Counted from the first letter of the stretch, positions 1-12,441 are shown. The stretch: DNA of 64,000 nt from Gracilinanus agilis (GCF_016433145.1 NC_058134.1:247876460-247940459); one strand, 5' to 3'. A program made the numbers and translations. Notes: generated from the letters alone by a model not told the origin.

Positions 1-1965
1 CCCCCCTCCCCCACCCCTTATACATCAACTCCACTTTCGGTGGTGATGGGAGAGGCAAGAGGCGAAGGAGGCTGGAGTCGGGATCCGAGCAATCTCCGAG
101 AGAAGTCGAAATCCATTCGCCCGAGATCCTGCCTGTGTTTTGGGACAGGCAACCACATGTGCCCCTAACAGAGGGAACAGCTAATGGCAGACGCCCATAA
201 CAAATGCTTAATCTGCAGTTGTTGGCAAGAGGTTGGGGCTCTCGTTGCCAAGAGCTGCGTTTAACGGGGTTTGCAAGTTTGAAATGCTGCTCCTCGCAAT
301 GACACAGTTGTGGCCACCGAAGCATTGATAATGCAATTAAAAATAATCACTCTAATGACAACAAAGGTGATCACACGACGCCTGGAAGTCACTCGGAGAG
401 GAGTCAAATGGGAGTCAGTCTTTTCCTCGCGGAGGGCTAACTTGAGACCAACCCAGTCTCCTCTGGCCTGATGCTAAGGAGGATAAGAAACGAGGAAATT
501 GAATGGAGAGCTGTCCTGATAAGGGCTCAGCTTCTCTAATCCTCCCTGACGCACAGTTTCTCCTCAGGGAGCTCCCTGTAGGTGCAGAGAGGGTAAGGTG
601 GAGATAATGCTAAAAGAAAGTAAACTCGGATCCTAAAATAAAAATAAAAAATAAAAAAGCAGGAAGGAAAAGCCAGGTTTAGGCTGGGAGAATTAAGTGA
701 GGGAGAAGATCCTGGGAAGATTGATTCCGGCACATTGTTCCCAGGACCCTCTGCCCCGCCCTCCCAACTTCTGCAGACATTGAAAGAAATGCTCATCTCT
801 TTCAAAACCCGAGGATCCGACACCCCGGCCCCTTTCCCCTTCTTGTTATCAGGGGATTTTCCTCGAACAATTTCCCCCTTCCCAGGTTTCTCACCGCCCC
901 CGATTCTCAGTTGTCTTCTTTCATTTTTCTCGAGGGTCACAGATTCTTGGGGAAAGAACTTTATTAGGGGAAGGGAGGATTGGAAAGTGATAGGAAGTCT
1001 GGCCTCTGGGTCTTCTCAAAGGCGGAGTTCCAGGTGCCGGGCCATCAATTACCTCGAAACAGAACAAGGACCTCTGAGGACCTTATCACAGATTCCCCAA
1101 CTCTTTTTCAATTACTGATCTGCTTCCTGAAGCTCGATTCCACATTGCACCCTACCATCGTTGGGAAAGAGGCATCAGGGGACCAAGTGGACCACCTTCT
1201 TCTTTTCAAAGAGAGGGATGTGCGCAACTAACTGATGGAGAGGGAGAGCTTTGTCCTTCTAGCGTGCAGGCAGGAGTTTGAGTAGCCTCAAAATGACAAT
1301 TTGATGAAAGTAGGGAAGTATTGCAAGACGAGAACGATTTAGCTCTAAGGGCTGGAGGAAGTTAATTCTTCAGACATTGTGTGAAACCGGGTTTTCTTTC
1401 TTCTTCGCAAGCCTTATAACACTTTTTCCCCCAGACGTTTACTTCCTACTCCCCCCACCCCATCCCAACTATCATCTAATGGGCTCTCCTAGGGCTCGAA
1501 AATGGTAGAGTCACACTCAAATGGAAAGGGACGGAATAGCAGTAAGAACATGGAAATCCTGGTGTGAGGTCAATGGCGGGGAGGGGGGAAAGGGAGGAAA
1601 AAAGCTAGTCACTATTTATTAGAGTTCGGGACTGGCAGTCCTGTCCAGGGTAACTTTTCCCTTCTTTTCATAATTTCTCACTAGTTAAAAGCTGCTTTTA
1701 TCGCCTCCCCCTTTCCCCCGTTTTTTGGGCAAACATATTTCTGGAAAAGAAAAATATTTTCTAGTTACTTAATTCAAGCAGTAGATGGTATAGTTAGTCG
1801 TTCTCGTTGCTCTTGTCTCAACTTGTTAAAGGAAAGCCCACGATTAGACAGTAATAAGGGAATGACAAGTCAGGACTTCAAGATCTTGTGAATTTCAAGT
1901 GTACCAATAAGGAAAACTAAGAGAAACTCTTACTGAATAAGATCATGTCAGCTGCGGGAAACCAA

Positions 1966-2010
1966 GGGAAAGAGGGAGGGAGGGAGGGAGGGAGGAGGAG
2001 GAGGAGGAGG
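1966..2010 (+). repeat. (GGGA)n(GGA)n polypurine tract, G-quadruplex-capable
   Basis: GGGAGGGAGGGAGGGAGGG at 1974-1992, followed by GGA repeats. Confidence 0.9.
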
Positions 2011-3209
2011 AAAACGTTCATGAAAAAGTACTAAAATAATTGAATGTCATGTACCTTGGCTATAAGCCAAGAGGCTTAGAATTTGTATGTGTGCTCCACC
2101 GATGCTGGGAGCTGGGAGCTGGGCTTCATTCCTAACCCCTACTCCCACCCAGCTTCCCATGAGTGAAAGGTAAAGATATATCTATTAGGCACCCTGCCCC
2201 CAGCAACTAAAGGGGGCTACTATTAAAAACAAAAAAGAGAAAAAGGCGAAATATTTTAATGGTTTCATTTAAAAATTGCCCTCCCAGAACCCAACAAACT
2301 AGTGTACACATTTTATAATATGCAATGATAAGATCAACAAATCTCTGAAGAGTCTCTGAAGTGTTTTCCTGATTGAAAACGGCGAGCTTGGTCTCTCCAA
2401 GAGTGAAATTTAGACATTCCCGAAGAGGATGGATATCAATTCTCAAATGGGATTTCGATTAAAAAAAAAAAAAAAAGAACTGTGTTGATGTATGACATTT
2501 GGTTTCCTAAGATTTTTCCAAGAGCAATTCATCTTTTGAGGGTTCAGCTAGTTCTCTGGATTTGGGGGATCAAGGGCTATACTTTTCTTTCCAAAATCTG
2601 GAAGAGGGTTGAAACTTCCATATTGTTAGGAAAATGGAATCCTTGTAAAAGGAGAAAATATTTGACACTTTAAGAAAAAGGTCATTTTAGAAACGGATCC
2701 CAGACCATCTTCGAAGTGTCCAGAAATATTCTAAACTCATCTTCAGCACGTAATGGTTTATATATTCCCGTTAGAGAAATACAGCCTCTGAAGATCACAA
2801 AACATCCAGTCTTGGAAACATCCAGTCACCTGGCCTTTCCTCTATGGAAGTTTAATCATTAGAGTTCTGAAAACTGAATTGGATTACTGCTCTCTGCAGA
2901 AGTTGCCCTCCAGTTGAAGCCACACTTTAGAGGATATTTGCATATTTAACGGAAGGAATCAGACGCTTATTTGTATTACTTAACCTAGGATGGCTCTCTT
3001 CATTTAAATATAAACTTTGTCATATTTATTGTTTCCATCTAAATAATGTGTATTCTATTCGTGAGCCCTTCTTTTCATCTGTAAATAGTAATCATGGACC
3101 AGTTTAGGTCCTCCTTCCTCTAGCTATTTCTCCATTGTCTTTAAAGATCGGGTTAATTTATTGTTAAGGGTTTTTTAAATTAAAATTCAGCTTTTGATTT
3201 TATCTATAT

Positions 3210-3325
3210 CATCTTGGGCCATCAATCACACATAAGCCTTCTTCATCCTCAGTTTCCTACTCTATAAATGAAAGGGGGTTGGACGAGATGGTCTCTGAGG
3301 TACCGTTCAACGGTAAATCTTGATG
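3210..3325 (+). mobile_element. MIR/MAR-type SINE, 3' fragment
   Basis: cctcagtttcctactctataaatgaaagggggttggacgagatggtctctgagg matches the CORE and tail of marsupial MIR-like SINEs. Confidence 0.55.
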
Positions 3326-3371
3326 CCCCTGTTCTTAAAGGCAGACCTTTCTTTCTTTGACTGGGCATGTA

Positions 3372-3373
<2 letters not shown>

Positions 3374-3421
<48 letters not shown>
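3374..3421. repeat. (AC)24 microsatellite
   Basis: direct reading. Confidence 0.98.
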
Positions 3422-3424
<3 letters not shown>

Positions 3425-4621
3425 AGAAAGGCGAGAATGACAATGACCTCCTCGTTTTTCTTTTTTTTTCCCTGGAAGAAAACTCACCTCAAAAGGCTAA
3501 GGCTGGTTCTGACATATTTTATAGGAAAGGGGGGAGGGGAAGGGAGAAATGTGAAGTTTCTGGTCTTAACACAGACCCCGCCAAAGCAAAGTCGGAGAAA
3601 TTCACTGTGGAAGGAGAACTCCAAGCGCAAGTAGTCCCAAAACAGTGCTCTCTCTTTACCTTGAGTTGCTCTGAGAGAAGAATCCGCTCTCTTCGAAACT
3701 TGGCTTGCGGAGCCTGTGTGCAGGTGCTAATCCGACCTACCATCCCCTTTCTCACCAGTATCTCGAACCCCACACCTCCAGCAAGATCCTAGTGGACTGG
3801 GGACCGGGGAGTGCTTGGACAGTAGTCCCTCCACCCCGCCCCCCTTTTCAGCAGCTGAAAACTGTTTGAAATCCATCTTGACTCCTTTGCTACACTAATA
3901 AATTCAAGAGGCAGATTAGAAGACAAACATAAATATGTTTTTCACATCAAAGGATTAATCACATAAAACCTCTCCCTTAGCCTTTACCCCCTAGTATGAA
4001 TAAACAACCTCGAGAGAAAGTTAAAGATGTACATTTGCCCTGGCCATCCCCACCCCCAAACGGATTATTCGGGTGTGCTTTTTGAAAGTGATGACTTTTA
4101 ACTCCCCACATCTCCTTATCTGGGATTTTTGCACTCAAAGCCATCAGCGAATTCATTGCTGAGGGCTGTGGCACTGGGAGAGGGAAGAGGGCGTTACAGT
4201 AGCTTCTGCCTCCGAGTGTCTCCTACCATAGAGTTGGCTCTGGGCTGCCCTCCACCCCAAGCCCGGCTTGCCCCTACACTGAACTTTCCCCGAGCCTCGG
4301 GGATCCAGTTTTAGGACGAGATAAATTCTCCAGGTATCCCCAGACCCAAAGACGCAGGCCATTCCCTCTCCACCAAGTCTCGGGTTCTCGGGGATCTCCT
4401 GCCAGTCTCACCCAGACTGTCCAAAAATAAGAGCGATCGATGCTCGCTTTGCCTTATGGAACTAGGGATAAAGGCGACCCCAAATGCTTCGGGTCCAATC
4501 CTCACCTCACGGGATAAGTGTAAGGAGCCGGAGCCGAATTGTTTTGGGTTACCCAGGGTAGGGTGTGTGTGCGTGTGTGTGTGTGTTGGCGGGGGGTAGG
4601 TTGAACTGGGGAGGGAGCAAG

Positions 4622-4810
4622 AATTTATATAGCGCCTACTCTATGCCAGGCACTGAGCTAGAACCCTTTACAAATACCTCGGGTGACCCCCTCAACAACC
4701 CTTCTTGGACTGAGGGATTTAAGGAGGGAAAGAAGCGCGTCCATCCCTCACCTGGCTTTGCCCGCTTTCAGTCTCCAACTTCCGAGGCTACAGCTTTTCA
4801 ACACGCCAGG
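4622..4810 (-). mobile_element. MIR SINE, decayed, inside the CpG-rich region
   Basis: atttatatagcgcctactctatgccaggcactgagctag...ccctcaacaaccc resembles the reverse complement of the MIR consensus. Confidence 0.55.
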
Positions 4811-4932
4811 AGACCTCAGGCAGGGAGAGAGTGAAGGGAGATCCACATTTAAACCTCCAGCAACTTGGAGCTGCCCCGACTTGTTTGCAGCGAGAGACCC
4901 TCCTGACCCCTTTGGGAAGGTTCTCTTCTCAG

Positions 4933-5250
4933 CTGACAAACTAAAGTTTCGCTTTTACTATCAACCTGAAAATGCCGACATGAATGCAGAAAGGACTTTG
5001 CGGTTAACCAGTTTTGCTACTACTATTTCGTCCGCTTTAAACTCTAACTCCTGGGAACACAACATATTTTAAGCTTTCCACCCAAATATTGATATTGGCA
5101 AATCAAATCAGCCAGCCATCCCTGCCCGGGACAGTATTCTTTTTGTCTCGTTTGTTGGCAAACAAAATGAAGCCACAATATCACAAATTTCTGAAGAGAT
5201 CCGCGGACTGCAGGCAGCAGGAGGGTGCATAATAACTCTCTTTGACAAGA
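4933..5250. promoter_or_regulatory. candidate conserved non-coding element / enhancer
   Basis: Non-repetitive block with about 9 CpGs in ~270 bp, ONECUT/FOX-like AAATATTGATAT, NFI half-sites TTGGCA, FOX-like GCAAACAAA and palindrome GGTTAACC. Confidence 0.45.
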
Positions 5251-6074
5251 AACTTTTTTTTTTAAAGGAGAAGCGTTCCCCCTATTTCTACACACCACCA
5301 AGAGTAGGTGAACTTTCCTCTGTAATGGGAAAAGGCTTAAGACTCAGGAATGTTCCTCAACTGGGATTTGCCAATGCCAAGCAGCCATCTCAGCCACCTT
5401 GAAGACATTTAGTGCACTCCCACTGTCCTGAGAGAAAGAGCCTGCAGCCAGTGTCCAGCGCTTTCTCAGCTTGGGGACCAGCTCTATTCCCAACAGAGTG
5501 CATCGGGTCTCTGAGGAGCATTGCTGATTAGGGATCCCCTGAACCTCTGGGTAAGTCTTATCAGGAGGCCAACACACAATGTCAGCCGGTAAAGAGCAAC
5601 AAGCAATTTTTTCAAACCCATAACAATTTACCTACATGCAAAGACCACAATGAATAATGACTAGGGGGAGAGTGAATAATGTTATTGAATATATTTTATA
5701 CTAAATATCATAATCAAAGCCATTCCAATGAGTTAGCATTTCTGAAGTTTTGCTAAGTGTTCAAAGAGAAAACATATGTTTGTTTTTTAAACCCAACACA
5801 TTACAATTATCTCTTTAAACAATTCATTTGTGCCATTTCCCTTATGAGGTTTCTAGTTCCCATTTAAAAGCAATTTTGGTCATTTAACAGTCTCAGTTCT
5901 TCACATAAATCTAATTTTAAAATATTTCATCTTTGAGGGGGAAAAGCATCCTCAATACAACTAGTTGAATGATTTACTAGGAAAAGAAGGGGCTGTCCTA
6001 CTCTCACCAACTTTCCTTGGAGTTTGTTTTTGTAGTCATCTGTCTGCATATTGTTCCCCTACCCACCAGCAGAA

Positions 6075-6235
6075 TCGACTAATCAATAGATATTTATTAA
6101 ATGCTTACTATGTGTCAGGCATTGTAGTGCCAAGTTCTTTGAAGGCAGGTACTGTCATTTTTGCCTTTGTATTTCCAGTGCTTAGGACAGAAAGGACATA
6201 TAGTAGGTGCTTAATAAAGGCACACTGCATTGACT
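6075..6235. mobile_element. two L2 3' ends in opposite orientation
   Basis: tatttattaaatgcttactatgtgtcaggc (minus L2 tail) followed by cagtgcttagg...catatagtaggtgcttaataaa (plus L2 tail). Confidence 0.75.
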
Positions 6236-7827
6236 TGAAAGGTAGTTCTGAATAATAGACCTGAATTTCTTTATTTTATAGTCTTGATATTTCAGGTCTT
6301 CCTTCTTTTTTTGGTGTGCATCCAATTTCCTCTATATTAAGAAATTCTCAAGAATTGAATAAAATCGAACTAATCGATTATTCTGAGTTGAATACAACTG
6401 TCCTCTAATCTTGAGTTTTTTCTAATATCAATCAAGCCTTGAAATAGGCACTTGAAGAAATAAAGAAATAAATCTAAATCCAAAATTAAGGGAAGATATT
6501 AGACATTTTAACATCTTTTCTTTGTTTTTTTCCTTCACATATTTGAACCTATATTAAAATTTATTTTGAAAAAGGAGAGTAATTTTCTTGGAATGACATC
6601 TTCTACCAATACATATTATCCACTGGTACTGGCATTCCAAAACAGTGAAACATAACCATCAGTTTCAGAATCACTTAAGATCAGCTATTACATCATTTTT
6701 GGGGTAAATTATGCAACAATAGCAACCTACTTCAATATGTATGTATGTGTGTGTATATATAATAGGCCAGGTATCTCACAATGAGTACAAGGAGGAAATG
6801 TCCAAGTTATTTCATTGCACAGGATTTTTGCTTTAATAAATACAGTTAAATCCATTCAGGGTCTTAAGTGTCCAGTGCTTCCTAAAGTAGAAAGTAAAGT
6901 CAGACAAGCCCTCAGTGCATGGACAGGAGCTGTCCCTTGAAGCAAGGATCCCCAAAGATACTTATGGTGGCATCTAGTGGTATCAGATCTTGCAAGGGAA
7001 CCCAGAGAACTCCCCAAATAACCACTGCTGTCTTCACAAGTCCAGACTGTATAGCAGAGACTAGGATACCTGCAATTCACTTCTTCTTCCCTCATTCCCT
7101 CCTCTACCTCCTTTTCCTCTTGATACTTTATATACTTCTAGAAGACCAGATTGAAGGCAGGAGATGTGGTGGGGGACCAGTAATTTAGAATTTATGATAA
7201 TTCTCCTTGGGTTGGGTTAGTCTGCTTTTGTCTTTCTGTAAAGAAAGGGTTTGCTGGGTAAATTAAGAGTGTAAATAAGATGACCACAGAATGCTTAGCC
7301 TACTTAAAAGAATTCACTGTCTTAAAGGGCCACAGGATTTTTTTTGGTAATATGCAAGTGAATAATGCTAATTTAAAAAATTAGCCATAATCAAATCCAG
7401 CCAAGCAACTCCTTTCCTTAGAGAACTTAGTTAAGCAGTTAGCTTAAGTAACTGTAGCACATGACAATAACGAAGCTGAATTTTGCAGGAATATTTTATA
7501 TTCAGAGTTTTTTAATCAATCTGGCCAATTTTCTCAATTAGTCAACATGCTGTAATTCAGGACAATCATTTTTTTGTTTATTTTTTACCTTTGTCACTAT
7601 TAGTAATTGACAACCAATTTCATTCAATTTAGAAATGTTAATTGAGAACTTAACAATATCTTTGTACAAGTGTGCTGTGATTGCTGCCCACAATAGGTTC
7701 TCTGAAAAGTTCTCTGATCCCAGGGGAAGAACCCCAGGGAAGGACATAGAGAGGGGGTTGGGGAGAGGGATCTTCTGTAAGAATAAATTGGTTAAGAAAA
7801 GCCACAGTGAAGAATGGAAGGGAACAA

Positions 7828-8260
7828 AGTAATAAGCATTAATTAATCACTTACTAAGTGCTCAGGCATTATGGTAAATAAAGGGTAAATAAATACAAGC
7901 TAAAGAGTCAGGTACAGCTTAAGGGATTTGTTGTTTGTTTGTTTGTTTTGCCTAGTGGTATAAGGGCAGTGATTTACAGCAGAAATTGACCCAACCTGGC
8001 TATCCTGCTATTATGACTTTTCCAAAAGATTTCTCTAGGGAATTCCTCACTCCTACTTTAATGTCTGATTTTTCCCTGCCTTCAATCCAGAGAGCTAAGC
8101 TTCTCAATCAGTCTTACAGGTGGTGTATATAAATAAATCAAAGTCTTTTATACTAAAAACAAGCAAAATAAGACAAAAACAAGTGAAAGTAAATGGTAGT
8201 CCCTGCCCCCAAGGAGCTTACATTCCAATGAGGAATACAGCACATAAAAGGGAGCTGGAA
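7828..8260 (-). mobile_element. L2 3'-end fragments
   Basis: aataagcattaattaatcacttactaagtgctcaggc and gtccctgcccccaaggagcttacattccaatgagg are typical reverse L2 3' sequence. Confidence 0.55.
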
Positions 8261-8957
8261 GGGTGAGAGAAGTCCAGGACAGAGAAAAGTATTCACAAGA
8301 GAACGTGAAAGTAAAATTGGGAGAGTCAGAAACATAGCTGGGAGAAAGACAAAGTCTGGTAGGTCAAGACCCTTCTCCAAAACGAAGACCCACCAAAGGG
8401 AGAAGGGAGGCAACATAGCAAAGGGGTGTTCCTAGGGAAGAGGGTCAGAAGGCAGTTGAATCATGGTAAAGACTTACCAAAGAGAATCAACCAGAGATCA
8501 GTATAAATATGCAATGCAGTAAAGTCACAATGCTATGATTGAGGTATATATAACCCCTCATACAAAATATATAATAGTTTTAATATTTATATTATATATA
8601 TGTTTTAGAAATTTATACATATATATTATTAATGGACTAAATTAGTGTCTTTTTTTGTAACTTTCTCTAGCAGTGACTGCTGTGGTGAGAGAACAGAACA
8701 ATGAGGGTAACTCCGGATATGGGGATTTGTGAGAGCACATCTTGGGAAAAGGTGACCATGGAATTGAAGCGGGCAGCATTAGGGTGGGTGAGGGGAGAAA
8801 GTAGAGTGGGATGTATTCGGAGAATAGAGGGACCTATGACTAGAATGAGGCTACAATAAGGATAAACATAAAATATTCCTATGGGGATACAAACCAAGAG
8901 AAATTGAAGAACAATTGTCATAGCTTCCTACTGGCCTTCCCACCTCCATTTTCTAGA

Positions 8958-9150
8958 TGGCCAGGGAAAAGATCCCCCTGGACTCAGGACACTTGAATTC
9001 AAATCTAGCCTCAGATATTTACTAGCTGTGTGACCCTGAACAAGTCATTTAAGCTCTCTCTGCCTCATTTTCCTCAACTATAAAATGACTATAATAATAG
9101 CACTTAGCACAGTTCCTGGAACATAGGAGGTGCTTAATAAATACTTATTC
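8958..9150 (+). mobile_element. MIR/MAR-type SINE
   Basis: ttgaattcaaatctagcctcagatatttactagctgtgtgaccctgaacaagtcatttaa (B-box-like plus CORE). Confidence 0.8.
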
Positions 9151-10530
9151 TGAAAATTTCCCCTCTCCTTTCTAATTCACTTTATTACTGACCTTGTAGG
9201 TTTCCCAGTGAAATTTTTCTGAAAGAATTTTTCTATTCAAACCCTTCAGTGGTTCTTTTATTTAAGGCCCTCTATAGAGAGTCTCCAGGCTATCATTCTA
9301 CTTTTGTCTTACACTATTTCCATCCTCACTCAATATCCTGTTCTCATATTGTCTTTATTCCTACTGTGATCCATGGTAGAAGAGATACACTATCCTACCC
9401 TAACCCTCCCACCACTCATTGCACCTACTGAAATATTAAGTTTCTTAAGGGAAGGAACTATGTTGCTATTCTCTTTTCTTGATGTTTTCTTTTCCTGTCC
9501 TTAGATCTTAGCATCATACCTAACACACTTAATACCTTCCCATTAAAGTTGACGAGCCAACACAGATCCATCATTAAATAAATATCTATTTGATACTTAC
9601 TCCAAGCCAACAACTGTGATGAGCCCTGAGGACACAAAAACCAAAAAAAACGTCAAAATAATCCTTACCCGCCTCAAGGAGTTTACATTATTGTTCTTCA
9701 GAAAGATTTCTCTAATCTTACCACTTGGAAGGGATTTCTGCCTCCTGAAACCTTCCATCAAATATTGCATGTCTCCTTTGTACTTAATGTGCTATGCTTT
9801 ATATTACTTACTGGTGTACATTTTTACCCTACTTAGATATCATTAGGACATGATATGCCAAGGATGGTGGCTTCTCAAAGGAAAGCTCTGGGACGTACCA
9901 TGATGCTAGGGTAAAACAATGCATCCAGACTGAGGATGAGCTGTAGCTGTCATAAAAAGATCTATAATTCTGAGAGGATTGTCACCAAATGAACTCCAGG
10001 ATGATTTTTTTAACCATAGCATCTCTTACATTCTAAAATATGACTGATTTTCAATCTTCTTGGAAGGAAGGAGTATAGACTCGTGCTCCCTTTATATTGT
10101 AGGCCCTTCATAGGCAGTGACTGTATCATTTAATCCATCTCGGCATTTAGCATAGAAAAGATAGTAAATGAATCGAATTGATTAAATACTAATAAAATAT
10201 TTTTTTACTTGACCTGACTTGATTTGACAAAGGATTGTGGTTAAAAAGGGGAATTTCAGAACTCAATATTTGGAAGGCAGAAGATGAGTTACAATGGATG
10301 GATGAGCATGGTCTTCTGCAATTCTTCTCCACTTGACCTTTCCCCAATATGTGAGATATGGTGGCCAACTGGACTATTTGATTTGGCCTTCTCAAACATG
10401 CTCTGATATTTCCTTCTTTTATGCATTTGTTCTTCTCTATCTTGGAATGTTCTCCTTAGACAGATGCCTATTGAAATCCCAGCCATCAAAAACAAAAACA
10501 AAAACAAACAAACAAAAAAAAACACTTCTG

Positions 10531-10730
10531 AGGCAGCTGGGTGGCTCGATGGAGAGCCAGGCCAGAGACTGGAGGTCCTGGGTTCCAAACTGACCTCAGA
10601 CACTTCCTAGCTTTGTGACCCTGGGCAAGTCACTTAACCCCCATTGCTTAGCCCTTACTACTCTTCTGCCTTAGAACCAATACACAGTATTGATTTTAAG
10701 ATGGAAGGTGAGGATTTTAAAAAAAAAAAC
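10531..10730 (+). mobile_element. SINE1_Mdo-type SINE
   Basis: gaggcagctgggtggctc head, CORE, the opossum-type tail ctcttctgccttagaaccaatacacagtattga, and poly(A). Confidence 0.9.
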
Positions 10731-11074
10731 CACTAAACCATACAGTTCTTGAGGAGGGGAACTATTATTTTTATCTCTGATTCTTCAACACCCTTTCATA
10801 GTACCTTGGACATAAAAAGTGTTTATTGAGAATTGAAAATCAAAATTAAATATTGTCTCCAAATACTGAGGCCTTCACTGACTTCCCCAGCTAGAAATAA
10901 TCTATCTCAGCTTAGATATATGCAACTAGACATGATTATAATCATCATGTCAATCCAAATTCTATAACACAAAAATATTTTTAATGCACTAAGGAAACTT
11001 TTATTTCAAATAACATTGTAATGAACAGTTTTGTCAAATGAAAAATTCATTTTAAAAAATGTTATTCTGTCTTT

Positions 11075-11371
11075 GAGATTGGGACCCTTTATTTTACCCA
11101 GGCTGGAAGTTCAGCAGCCACTGGCAGACTCTATTATAATTCTGAATGGTCTGGAAGCTTTAAGTTGCTCTTTTTGTTGGACCTGGGCCACACTGTCCCT
11201 CCCTGGGCAGTCTAGTAGTCTCTTTCTCCTGGGGGAGGCTTACCATGTTGATGCCTGACTTAGGGATGATATCTGATCAGCTTTAGCTCTACTGCAGCTC
11301 AAATCTCCTGAACTCAAGTGATCTACCAGGCTCTCTTTTCAGCATCACAGTTTTGTATCACTGCACCTAGC
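11075..11371 (-). pseudogene. full-length decayed 7SL RNA-derived copy (P7SL-type)
   Basis: The reverse complement aligns end to end with 7SL: GCTAGGTGCAGTG...GATCACTTGAGTTCAGGAG...CTAAGTCAGGCATCAACATGGT...GGCCCAGGTC...CCAGCCTGGG. Heavy CpG decay. Confidence 0.88.
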
Positions 11372-11505
11372 TGACCTCTTTTCAGAAAAATGTTTTAATA
11401 TTTATAAAATAAATTAATTACACAGTTAAATGAAACAGAAAAATGACATAAAAAAAAGAAAAAAATAAGACACAGTTATTAAAAACATTTTAAAATGTAC
11501 ATGGA

Positions 11506-11709
11506 GGGGGGCAGCGAGATGGTTCAATGGGTTAAGAGCAAGGTCTAAAGATGGGCTGTCCTGAGTTCAAATGTGGCTTCAGATAAATTTCCTAGCTGTG
11601 TGACCCTGGGCAAACCACTTAACCTCCACTGCCTAGCCTTTCTTGCTCCTGTGCCTTGGAATTAATACACAGTATTGACCTAAGACAAAAGCTAAGATTT
11701 TATTTTTTT
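11506..11709 (+). mobile_element. SINE1_Mdo-type SINE with TSD
   Basis: Head, CORE and tail present; TSD aaatgtacatgga (11493-11505) / aaatgcccatgga (11710-11722). Confidence 0.9.
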
Positions 11710-11754
11710 AAATGCCCATGGACTCCATAATATTAAGAAAGTCTGATCTAAACT

Positions 11755-12240
11755 GAGAGATGTAATAGTCTTAGTAAATTCTTTAGGAGTCAGATTAAAT
11801 CTAAAGTATCACTTCTAAGTCTAGGTATCATATGTTAAAGGGGACATAAGCAAACTAGGATGTTTCTAGAGTTGGAAGACCAGCAAGGTAATGGATCTTG
11901 AAAATATGCAATATATATTAAAGTTATTCGAAGATGTTGATAACATTTAGCCTGAAAAAGAAAATAAGATTTAGGTGGGATATAATAGCTTATCTTTAAA
12001 TGCTTGAAGACTAATTATAGCTAACAGGTGCCAAACTTTATTTTCCTGTGCAGTTCAAAGGATAGAAATGGGATGAATTGGTCAAAGTATAAAGGTTCAT
12101 ATTGGGATTCAATATTTTAACAATTCTAATTAAGCCAAAAGTAGCTGCCTAATTAGAAATCACTTTGTGAAACCATAATGGGCTGGTTCAAGAACAAGGA
12201 GTTTCTTTCTAGTCACTGGAAGTGTTCCAGGAGAGTCTAG
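11755..12240 (+). mobile_element. L3/CR1 LINE, 3' fragment
   Basis: atttagcctgaaaaagaaaataagatttaggtgggatataatagcttatctttaaatgcttgaag and gtcactggaagtgttcc resemble L3 3' sequence. Confidence 0.7.
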
Positions 12241-12242
12241 AG

Positions 12243-12441
12243 CAGGTGTCAAAACACATACTCATGACTCTTGGGTGGGGGCCATTTCAGATTAAAATGT
12301 TATTGGAAAATACTTAACAAAAAATAGCAATACAATGCAATATAGGTAATATTAATATGTGATTTTCTAAGGCAATATGTAGCCCTTAGTATCCTTATAT
12401 ACATTAGTGATCCCTTTTTCTATTTGATTTTAACATTACTG
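12243..12441. mobile_element. hAT MITE, family A (old)
   Basis: Decayed TIRs caggtgtcaaa / ttttaacattactg. The internal cagattaaaatg..ggaaaatacttaacaaaa is shared with copies at 50150 and 63559. TSD gtctagag/gctgagag (5/8). Confidence 0.75.

Larger units (their letters stand above)
1..5300. promoter_or_regulatory. CpG-rich (CpG-island-like, probably unmethylated) regulatory flank
   Basis: CpGs are frequent throughout 1-5300 but rare in the rest of the window. G/C-run tracts and motif-dense blocks lie at 180-420 and 4933-5250. The associated gene is not identifiable here. Confidence 0.6.

Noticed and set aside
536-5577. ORFs of 60-141 aa in the CpG-rich region
   Set aside because: They overlap on both strands, show no recognisable domain, and several run through microsatellites; expected in GC-rich DNA
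6967-6980. CTCF-like CCACTAGATGCCAC on the minus strand
   Set aside because: The mismatch falls on a highly conserved G of the core
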